Of a DNA stretch of 64,000 nt, positions 20,238 through 27,705 are shown one piece after another; the stretch's first letter is position 1; each line of letters starts with the position of its first letter. This DNA is from an uncultured Spirochaetales bacterium (GTDB taxonomy: Bacteria > Myxococcota_A > UBA9160 > UBA6930): positions 2,656 through 66,655 of the forward strand of contig CAZCTH010000001.1 of the NCBI GenBank assembly GCA_964501435.1, read 5' to 3'. Made by a program: the position numbers and the translations under genes. The notes below the pieces were generated by a model, which had not been told where the DNA came from, did not search any database, and saw only the letters and a list, made by a program, of their open reading frames with translations.

Positions 20238-20280
20238 GACCCCGGGGACTTACGGTCCTCGGGGTCGTCGTGTGTTTGGG
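20238..20280 (+). terminator. strong hairpin followed by a T-containing tail (terminator-like)
   Basis: GACCCCG (20238-20244) pairs with CGGGGTC (20260-20266), with an inner GGAC/GTCC helix, followed by GTCGTGTGTTTGGG. It lies 11 nt after the tRNA-like CCA. Confidence 0.4.
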
Positions 20281-20601
20281 GCAGCTGGGAAAAGGAAGGG
20301 GCTAGGAAGGTTCTGCGTTGGCGACCCCGCCCGGCAGAGGGCCCAGTTGACGCTCCGCGTTCGCGACGATACGCTGGCCGCGGCGAGGCCGAGCGGAGCG
20401 AAGGCCGAAGCCAAGGCTCTTGACAGCCACGCGGCCTTTGCCAGCTTCCGCGACTTGGTCGACCGGACCCCTCGCCGGGCGAGCCAGAGAACGGCCGGCG
20501 CCCCCAGCGCCACCCGGCGGCGAGAACACCGACGAGTTCGAACTGGGACCTCCGGCACTTTGCGTGCTTCGGCGATGCCGAGCCGCGCTGGAAACCCCCT
20601 A

Positions 20602-21735
20602 ATGACCTACGAACCGTCGCTCGACCTCCGCCACCCAGGCGCCGAGCTCGACTGGTTGCTTCTGCTCATCACGCAGAAGCTCCAGCTCTCGCCCACGCAG
20701 CAGCAAACCGCGGCCGATCGGTATCAGGCTGTCGGGCGCTACCTGCAGTCGAGGGCACCGATCCTTCGGATGGACCTATACGCGCAGGGATCGATGGCGC
20801 TCGGCACCACGGTCAAGCCGAAGGGCGGCGGCGAGTACGACCTCGACATCGTGCTCGAGATCCAGCGATTTCCCTCCGAGAGCCCGTTGGACTTGCACCA
20901 GTGGCTGGTCGACGCGCTGCGCGCGAGCGGGACGTACCGCGACCTCGTCGAGCCCAAGAAGCGCTGCGTGCGGTTGAACTACGCCGGCGACTTCTACATG
21001 GACGTGCTGCCGGCTCGTCCCGACCCGAATCCTGCGAAGTCCCGGCTCTACCGCGAGACCTGCATCCTCGTGCCGGACACAAAGTTGGAGGCCTGGACCG
21101 GAAGCAACCCGCGCGGCTTCGTGCGCTGGTTCGAGGGTCAATGCAGCGAGGACGCGCTCCGCTTGCGCGCTGCGCAGCAGCCACTGCCTGAAGCCGAGCC
21201 CGCGCACAGGAAGGCGGTCCTGCAGCAGCTCGTGCAGCTGGTGAAGCGCCATCGGGTGATGTGGTTCGGGGACGACAACGACGACGCGCCGCGCTCGATC
21301 GTGCTCACCACTCTCGCCGCGCACTTCTACCACGGCGAGCCCGTCCTGTTCGAAGCGCTCCGCGGCGTCGCCGCACGGATTCTCGCCGCGCTCCCGCCGG
21401 AGCCTCCGCAGGTGCGGAACCCGACCAACTTCGACGAGATTTTCTCGGAGCAGTGGATCGCAAAGCCCGCGACCTACGACGCATTCGTCCGCTGGATGCG
21501 GCAGTTCCATGCGCGCATCGCGAATCTTCCGCGCCTGCTCGGGCCCGCGCTCGACGACGAGATGCGAAGCCTGTTCGGCGAGGTCGCACGCGACGCGCGC
21601 GCTGCGCTGACCGAGCGGGTGGCACAAGCGCGGGCGGCGCAGCAGCTGCGGGCCACGCGGAGCGGACTCACGACGGCCGCGGGCGCTGGCGCGCTGGTCC
21701 GACCCAACACCTTTTTCGGGGGCGACCACGAGTAG
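20602..21735 (+). CDS. CD-NTase / SMODS-family cyclic-oligonucleotide synthase (CBASS cyclase)
   Basis: Pol-beta NTase triad QGS(63-64)MALGTTVKPKGGGEYD(80)LD(82)IVLEI plus third acid FYMD(134)VLPA. Also the N-terminal helix LSPTQQQTAADRYQAVGRYL, SNPRGFVRWF and PRSIVLTTLAAHFY. Start could be ATG 20602 or ATG 20575. The 153 in-frame codons upstream are Arg-rich non-coding sequence. Confidence 0.8.
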   Translation: MTYEPSLDLRHPGAELDWLLLLITQKLQLSPTQQQTAADRYQAVGRYLQSRAPILRMDLYAQGSMALGTTVKPKGGGEYDLDIVLEIQRFPSESPLDLHQWLVDALRASGTYRDLVEPKKRCVRLNYAGDFYMDVLPARPDPNPAKSRLYRETCILVPDTKLEAWTGSNPRGFVRWFEGQCSEDALRLRAAQQPLPEAEPAHRKAVLQQLVQLVKRHRVMWFGDDNDDAPRSIVLTTLAAHFYHGEPVLFEALRGVAARILAALPPEPPQVRNPTNFDEIFSEQWIAKPATYDAFVRWMRQFHARIANLPRLLGPALDDEMRSLFGEVARDARAALTERVAQARAAQQLRATRSGLTTAAGAGALVRPNTFFGGDHE

Positions 21736-21796
21736 GCGACCTCTAACGGCTGCGGTCCAGTACGCGGGCCTCGAAGCCATCGGCTTCAAGGGCTCG

Positions 21797-22150
21797 GTGC
21801 GGCGCAACAGGCTCGTGGTGCGCGGGCCGGTGCAGCCGAAGGCGCTCAGCGAGACATACGGAGTCCGCATCGAGTACACGGAAGGGGATTCGCCCGACGT
21901 CTGGGTGGAGGACCCGCCGCTGCGGCCTCGCGAACCTGGCGGCGCGATCCCACACGTCTACCCCGGCCTACGCCTCTGCCTGCATCTGCCCGGCGCGGGC
22001 GAGTGGACGCCGGCCGATGCCATCTCGAAGACGACGGTCCCGTGGGCGGCGATTTGGCTGCTGTTCTATGAGGACTGGCTCACAACAGGCGAGTGGCGTG
22101 GCGGTGGAGTCCATCCGGACCCTGGCGACACGAAGCTGGAGGGCAAATAG
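21797..22150 (+). CDS. stand-alone E2 (UBC)-like protein, CBASS ancillary
   Basis: 117 aa with a beta-rich N-half followed by IPH(53)VYPGLRLC(61)LH and EWTPADAISKTTVPWAAIWLLFYEDW. This resembles the E2 HPN..C flap and W-x-P helix. GTG is the only available start. Confidence 0.55.
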   Translation: MRRNRLVVRGPVQPKALSETYGVRIEYTEGDSPDVWVEDPPLRPREPGGAIPHVYPGLRLCLHLPGAGEWTPADAISKTTVPWAAIWLLFYEDWLTTGEWRGGGVHPDPGDTKLEGK

Positions 22151-23151
22151 TGCGCCGCGTCCTCGCGATCGACGGCGGCGGCATCAAGGGCGTATTCGCG
22201 GCGGCCTTCCTCGCTCGGATCGAGGACCACATCGAGGGCAGCGTCGGCGACTACTTCGACTTGATCTGCGGCACCTCGACCGGCGGAATCCTCGCCCTCG
22301 GCCTGGCGTCGGGACTCTCGGCGCAAGACATCCTCGGCTTTTACCAGAAGCACGCCCAGGACATCTTCGGCCCCGCGCCATCGCATTGGCGTGCGATCCG
22401 GCGGCTGTGGCGACCCAAGTTTGACTCGGCGCCGCTCCATCGAGCGCTGCGCGAGCACTTCGGCGATCGCCGACTACGCGACTGCAACCGCCGCCTCGTC
22501 GTCCCAAGCCAGGTGTTGGAAACCGGCGACGTCCACATCTACAAGACTCCTCATCATCCGCGCCTCGTCGACGATGTCGACAGGACGTTGGTCGACGTCG
22601 CCATGGCTACGGCGGCAGCGCCGACCTACTTCGCCGCGCATCGTCCCGCCGGCTGTGCACTCCTGGTCGACGGCGGAACATGGTCAAACAACCCGGCAGG
22701 TGTCGCGGCGACAGAGGCCGTCGGGGTGCTTGGATGGGATCGGAAAGAGACGCGGCTCTTGAGCGTCGGGTGCACCGAAGAACCGTGGGACCCGACGCGA
22801 GTCCGGAACACGACGTTTGAAGGTGCTGCTTGGCTCCAGCACGCCCACACGCTGATGATGAAGGGACAGTCGTTCGGGGCGTTGGGTACGGCCAAGAGTT
22901 TGTTGGGCGCCGAGAACGTGCACAGAATCTCTGCTGTCGTTGCGCCCAATCGGTTCACGCTCGACGACGCGAGCACGGTGGACGATCTCGTCGACCTCGG
23001 CCGGGTTGAAGCCCGCACTGCGATTTCACAGGTGCGCGAGAGGTTCTTCGACACGCCGGCCGAACCCTTGCTATCTCTGCCTTCCCCACCCCGATCAACT
23101 CCGCCGGGCGCAACCGAGATGGAAGGCGCCAGGTGGTCGGGGACGTCATGA
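22150..23151 (+). CDS. capV: patatin-like phospholipase effector (CapV-like)
   Basis: RVLAIDGGGIKG oxyanion motif, GTSTG nucleophile elbow and LLVDGGTWSNNP catalytic Asp. GTG at 22150 overlaps the E2 stop (TAGTG). The alternative ATG at 22093 would add 19 atypical residues. Confidence 0.88.
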   Translation: MRRVLAIDGGGIKGVFAAAFLARIEDHIEGSVGDYFDLICGTSTGGILALGLASGLSAQDILGFYQKHAQDIFGPAPSHWRAIRRLWRPKFDSAPLHRALREHFGDRRLRDCNRRLVVPSQVLETGDVHIYKTPHHPRLVDDVDRTLVDVAMATAAAPTYFAAHRPAGCALLVDGGTWSNNPAGVAATEAVGVLGWDRKETRLLSVGCTEEPWDPTRVRNTTFEGAAWLQHAHTLMMKGQSFGALGTAKSLLGAENVHRISAVVAPNRFTLDDASTVDDLVDLGRVEARTAISQVRERFFDTPAEPLLSLPSPPRSTPPGATEMEGARWSGTS

Positions 23152-25640
23152 CGCACTCGCTCGTAGAGCCGGTTGATTTCTTTCGCATTGACGCCAGCAG
23201 CAAGCTCGTACCTGTCCGGCGCGCCGAACTCGGCCAATTCCTGACGACCGCACCCGTCGCGCGCCTCATGGCCGGGATGTTCGAGCGTCGCCCGCGCGAG
23301 GTCAGGTTGCTCGATGCTGGGGCCGGCGTGGGCAGCCTCACAGCCGCCTTCGTGGAAGCCGCGATCAGTTGGGACCCGAAGCCCGAGCGAATCGTCGCAA
23401 CCGCCTACGAGGTTGATCCGGCCCTCGTGCCCTACCTCAAGGACTCCCTGCGACTCTGCGGGGACGCCTGTGCGGCTTCGGGCATCGCCTTCGAGAGCAC
23501 CGTCGAGGGCGAGGACTTCGTGGAGGCGGCCGTCGCGATGCTGGACGGCGGGCTCTTCGCGCGCCCAACAACTCGCTTTAACGCCGCGATCCTGAACCCG
23601 CCGTACCGAAAGATTCACTCCGCATCCGAGGCGCGCAGGCTGGTTCGCGCCGTCGGGGTCGAGACCTCGAACCTCTATACGGCGTTTCTCTCGCTCGTCG
23701 TCAAGCTGCTGGAACCGGGCGGCGAGCTCGTCGCGATCACGCCGCGCAGCTTCTGCAACGGGCCGTACTTCAGGCCCTTCCGTGAACTCTTCCTCGCGAA
23801 CATGGCGATCCACCGCGTGCACGTCTTCGACGCGCGGGACCGAGCCTTCGCGGACGACGCGGTCCTGCAGGAGAATGTCATCCTGCAAGCCCTACGGGGT
23901 GAACCGTCGCCTAGCCGAGTGGTCATCACGGCGAGCTCCGCGCCCGACGAGGACATGACCATCCGGCGCGTGTTGCCGGGCGAGTTAGTGCGCCCGGGCG
24001 ATCCCGAGCAGTTCATCCGAGTTGTTACTGACGACCTCGGTGCGCGGATCGCCGAACGAATGGAGAGCCTGCCGGCGACCCTCTCCGACTTGGACGTCGA
24101 GGTCTCGACCGGCCGCGTCGTCGACTTCCGCGCGAGCGAGCATCTGCGGGCGGAGCCGAGCCGCGACACCGCGCCGCTTATCTATCCCGGCCACTTTTCG
24201 AGTGGCTTCGTCGAGTGGCCGAAGCTCGGCGGTAAGAAGCCGAACGCCCTCGCGGCCGTTCCCGAGACGCTCTCGCTCCTGATGCCGCCGGGCGTCTACG
24301 TCCTGGCGAAGCGCTTCTCGTCCAAGGAGGAGCGCCGACGCGTGGTCGCCGCGGTCTACGACTCGGCGCGGATCGACGCGGGGGACGTCGGGTTCGAGAA
24401 TCACCTGAACGTCTACCACCGACGAGGAGCGGGCCTTCCGGAGGCGCTCGCCAAGGGGCTCGCGCTCTTCCTGAACTCGTCGCTCGTCGATCTCTACTTC
24501 CGCCAGTTCAGCGGGCACACACAGGTGAACGCGACCGACCTAAGAAGTTTGCGCTACCCGAGCAGCGAGGCGCTTGAACTTCTGGGCGCTTCGGTCGGCG
24601 AGGCCATGCCGGGGCAGGACGAGGTCGACCGGCGATTGCGAGAGGGGGTGTTCGGAGTGGCGACTGATCCGGTGAGCGCGAAACGGAAGCAGGACGAGGC
24701 GCTCTCGATCTTGAAGGCGTTGGGGTTTCCAAAGGCTCAGCTGAACGAGCGCTCGGCGCTCACCCTCCTCGCGCTGCTTGACCTGAAGCCCGAGTCGGAG
24801 TGGCTCGCTGCACGCGATCCGCTGATGGGTATCCGCCCGCTCATGGACTACTTCAAAGAGCACTACGGCAAGGTGTACGCGGAGAATTCCCGCGAGAGCG
24901 TCAGGCGCTTCACGATTCACCAGTTCCTCGAAGCCGGCTTGATCGTGCGGAACCCGGACGACCCAGAGCGCCCGACCAACAGCGGGCTCTACGTTTATCA
25001 AGTCACGCAGCCGGCGCTGGACCTCGTGCGCACGTTTGGACTGCCTGCCTGGGGCGCGAACCTCGCCACCTACCTTGCTAAGCGCCCCGGGCTCGCGAAG
25101 AAGTACGCGAGCGAGCGCGAGCAGCGGCGGATTCCGGTGACGCTGCCGACGGGCCAGACACTCTCGCTCTCGCCCGGCGGGCAGAACGAGCTCGTCAAGA
25201 AGATCCTCGAGGAATTCTGCCCGCACTTCACGCCGGGCGGTCACGTGCTCTACGTCGGCGACACGGGCGACAAGTGGGCGATCTCGGATGCCGCGGGCCT
25301 CGCGGCGCTCGGGGTAGAGGTAGACCTGCACGGGAAGATGCCGGACGTTGTCGTCCGCCACGTCGAGAAGAACTGGCTTGTGCTCATCGAGGCGGTCACC
25401 AGCCATGGGCCCGTGGACGGCAAGCGCCACGGCGAGCTCCGGACGGTCTTCTCGGGCGCGAAGGTGGGGATCGTCTACGTCACGGCGTTCCTCGACCGAA
25501 AGGCGCTCGCCAAGTACGTCGCGCAAATCTCCTGGGAGACCGAGGTGTGGGCCGCCGACTCGCCGACCCATCTCATCCACTTCGATGGCGAGCGGTTCCT
25601 CGGTCCGTACCCACCGGACGGAGGCTCGCACGCCGGCTGA
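23148..25640 (+). CDS. single-chain restriction-modification enzyme: N6-adenine methyltransferase fused to a BsuBI/PstI-family endonuclease
   Basis: N-half: FLTTAPVARLM, LLDAGAGVGSL (SAM motif I) and ILNPPYRKI (motif IV). C-half: ALSILKALGFPKAQLNERSALTLLALLDL (the BsuBI/PstI N-domain) and GKMPDVVV..LVLIEAVTSHGP (PD..ExK-like core). ATG at 23148 overlaps the capV stop (ATGA). Confidence 0.75.
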   Translation: MTHSLVEPVDFFRIDASSKLVPVRRAELGQFLTTAPVARLMAGMFERRPREVRLLDAGAGVGSLTAAFVEAAISWDPKPERIVATAYEVDPALVPYLKDSLRLCGDACAASGIAFESTVEGEDFVEAAVAMLDGGLFARPTTRFNAAILNPPYRKIHSASEARRLVRAVGVETSNLYTAFLSLVVKLLEPGGELVAITPRSFCNGPYFRPFRELFLANMAIHRVHVFDARDRAFADDAVLQENVILQALRGEPSPSRVVITASSAPDEDMTIRRVLPGELVRPGDPEQFIRVVTDDLGARIAERMESLPATLSDLDVEVSTGRVVDFRASEHLRAEPSRDTAPLIYPGHFSSGFVEWPKLGGKKPNALAAVPETLSLLMPPGVYVLAKRFSSKEERRRVVAAVYDSARIDAGDVGFENHLNVYHRRGAGLPEALAKGLALFLNSSLVDLYFRQFSGHTQVNATDLRSLRYPSSEALELLGASVGEAMPGQDEVDRRLREGVFGVATDPVSAKRKQDEALSILKALGFPKAQLNERSALTLLALLDLKPESEWLAARDPLMGIRPLMDYFKEHYGKVYAENSRESVRRFTIHQFLEAGLIVRNPDDPERPTNSGLYVYQVTQPALDLVRTFGLPAWGANLATYLAKRPGLAKKYASEREQRRIPVTLPTGQTLSLSPGGQNELVKKILEEFCPHFTPGGHVLYVGDTGDKWAISDAAGLAALGVEVDLHGKMPDVVVRHVEKNWLVLIEAVTSHGPVDGKRHGELRTVFSGAKVGIVYVTAFLDRKALAKYVAQISWETEVWAADSPTHLIHFDGERFLGPYPPDGGSHAG

Positions 25641-25879
25641 TCGCCGTGCTCCCCGTGCTGGCCTACGCGCGCGATCGGCCGCCCAAGGCGACGCACGGGT
25701 CCGCTGTCCGCGGGTTCGGCGCCGATTCCGCTGGCGAGTCGCCGGGCTCGCAGTTGCGGGGCCGGGTTGGGAAGGGCCCGGGGGAGGGGTCAGGCGCTCG
25801 CGATCGGGGCTGAACCTGTCCCGATTCCGCGGGCACATTCTTTAGGCGGCTTTCTCAGGACTGACTCGACTACGTCTGC

Positions 25880-25983
25880 GATTGGGAGTCACGAGTCGAC
25901 TCCGAACTCGATTCGCTCGGCAGTGTCTGATTGGGAACCGCCGTCGTGGAGCTTCATTCGCGGCAGCGTATCCGCCGATTGGG
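25880..25983 (+). repeat. three GATTGGG motifs at 48-49 bp spacing, plus a 10-bp palindrome, in a non-coding region
   Basis: GATTGGG at 25880-25886, 25929-25935 and 25977-25983, in contexts TCTGCGATTGGGA, TCTGATTGGGA and CCGCCGATTGGGT. Palindrome GAGTCGACTC at 25893-25902. Confidence 0.5.
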
Positions 25984-26250
25984 TGTGACCTCCGGCGCGC
26001 ATGGGCGATTCAGCGCGAGGCCGTCGCCGGAGCGAAGTCCGCGTCCAGTTAGGCGCCCAGGACGCGGGTCCGGGTGCTGGCTCCCTCCGTTGCGAGTCGG
26101 TGCCGTTCGAGACATCGCCATAGCTCCCTCCGTGTCTTCGTCCTCGGGCCTCGCTCCGCTCGCAGGTCTTCGTCACAGCCCCGCGCCCTTCGCGGAGCCT
26201 CGGTCACGCGGCTTGCCTCGACCCGCGGCTCCGCTTCGCCCTCCGGCCGA

Positions 26251-26303
26251 GCCCGCAGGCGGCCGGCTCTCCGCAGCCGTGAGAGAGCCGGCCCGCAGCG
26301 GGC
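26251..26303 (+). promoter_or_regulatory. long GC-rich stem-loop 22 nt upstream of the radC start
   Basis: GGCCGGCTCTC (26261-26271) pairs with GAGAGCCGGCC (26283-26293) for 11 bp. An outer helix GCCCGC (26251-26256) / GCGGGC (26298-26303) lies across a 4x4 internal loop. Confidence 0.45.
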
Positions 26304-26324
26304 CAGAACAACACGGAGGGTTCA

Positions 26325-26804
26325 ATGGCAACAACAACTCGCGACGGCATCCACTTCATCCGCGTGGTCGCAGTCCGCTACACCGGGCCGCGGCGGCGAT
26401 CGCCCGAGACGGTCCGCGCTCCGCGCGAGGCGACGGCGGTCATGCGCCGCATCATCCTCGACGACGCGCGCGAGCACTTCATCGCGCTCTACCTCGACGG
26501 CCGGCACCACGCGATCGCGCTCCAGGTCGTCTCGATCGGCACCGCGACTGCGTCGCTCGTCCACCCGCGCGAGGTCTTCCAGTCCGCAATCCTAATCGGC
26601 GCGTGCGGCGTGATCGTCGGCCACAATCACCCGTCGGGCGATCCGAGCCCGAGCCCCGAGGATCGCCAGATCACGCGTCGAATCGCCGACGCGGGCAAGC
26701 TCCTCGGCATCCCGCTGCTCGACAGCGTCGTGTGGGGCCACGGCGTTTCGTACGTCTCGCTGCGAGAGATCGCGCCGGACCTCTTCGGCTCGAGCGCAGA
26801 CTGA
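26325..26804 (+). CDS. radC: RadC-like JAB/MPN-domain protein
   Basis: JAMM motif GHNHPSGDPSPSPED, a RadC-type C-terminal half, and SD-like GGAGGG 7 nt upstream of the ATG. Confidence 0.88.
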   Translation: MATTTRDGIHFIRVVAVRYTGPRRRSPETVRAPREATAVMRRIILDDAREHFIALYLDGRHHAIALQVVSIGTATASLVHPREVFQSAILIGACGVIVGHNHPSGDPSPSPEDRQITRRIADAGKLLGIPLLDSVVWGHGVSYVSLREIAPDLFGSSAD

Positions 26805-27116
26805 CGGTGCGCGGCACTCGCGTCGCGCACGTCGGACGCGAGCGGTCGCTGAGCCAGCCCCCCATCTCACCCCCTCGTCGACTCCTCGCTGACCGCCAAG
26901 TCGACGCACACGCAGCGCGTCCCGCCAGAGCCGCGATCGCGTGTTTCGCCATCCGTGTTCGTCCGGTTTTCCCCCTCTGGTGCTGCACCTCTTAGGGCCT
27001 GGCCCAGCCGTCGCCTATGCGCGCAAGGCACCGCTGCGCTCGCCTGCGGCGGCCTTGCGCGCGGCTCCGGCTGGTCCGCATCGGCCCGAGGTGCAACGCA
27101 CCAAGGAGGAAACCCG

Positions 27117-27527
27117 ATGATGACTCTCACTTACTTCAACGAAACACTCGACCGCCTGCTGGGCGGGGCGCGCTGCGTGCGCATTACCGTCGACGGCTAC
27201 ATGACGCTCGTCGTCGAGGAGGTCGGGCCGTCGGCGGATGGCCGCCGACTCATCGCGCTCGCGCACACGGCCGTGCAGAACGGCGACGTAATGCACGACC
27301 CCGAGATCGTGTTCGAGCTCCATGCGCTCGGCGCAGAGCCGATCTCCTTCCGCAACGACTACGTCGGCGCGTACAACGAGGTGTACGCATACGATCACGC
27401 CGGTCGCCGCACCGGCGTGTATCCGAAGCGACGCGCCGAGCTTCAGTCCTTCGCGCGCATGTGGTTTCGCAACCTCCGCGCGCAGGGCTTCCTGGGAGAC
27501 GCCGCGCGACGCGAGGTTCTCGCATAG
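27117..27527 (+). CDS. hypothetical protein (conserved-looking, soluble, 136 aa)
   Basis: Strong SD AAGGAGGA at 27104-27111 followed by tandem ATGs at 27117 and 27120. Composition is coding-like. I cannot name a family with confidence. Confidence 0.6.
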   Translation: MMTLTYFNETLDRLLGGARCVRITVDGYMTLVVEEVGPSADGRRLIALAHTAVQNGDVMHDPEIVFELHALGAEPISFRNDYVGAYNEVYAYDHAGRRTGVYPKRRAELQSFARMWFRNLRAQGFLGDAARREVLA

Positions 27528-27705
27528 CCCGCGCGGACCTCGGGCCCGTCGCGCCTCGCGCGCGGCGGGCTCGCGGCTCGGTCGCCTACGTCCCGCGCTC
27601 AGCAGATGTCGTCGCAGAGCGGTCTCCTCGGAGGAGCGTTCGGCGAGCGCCTCGACCGACCGTCAAGTGCGCGGCTATTCTGACTTCGCGCGTGAGGGGC
27701 ATCGC

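Noticed and set aside
20143-20601. 153-codon N-terminal extension of the cyclase ORF
   Set aside because: It reads through a tRNA-like fragment and two hairpins. The composition is Arg/Gly/Ala noise, and the CD-NTase homology begins only at about ATG 20602.
25767-25988. 73-aa plus-strand ORF spanning the GATTGGG repeats (two repeats encode in-frame Asp-Trp)
   Set aside because: There is no SD, composition is atypical, the first repeat is out of frame with the other two, and I recognise no family. I treat it as non-coding repeats.
26325-26804. RadC-like JAB protein acting as the missing Cap3 isopeptidase of the CBASS
   Set aside because: It is separated from the CBASS genes by the 2.5-kb RM gene and a 685-bp spacer with hairpins, and it has its own SD. 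It also shows the canonical RadC layout found widely in ICEs without CBASS. A trans role cannot be excluded, but nothing in the sequence supports it.
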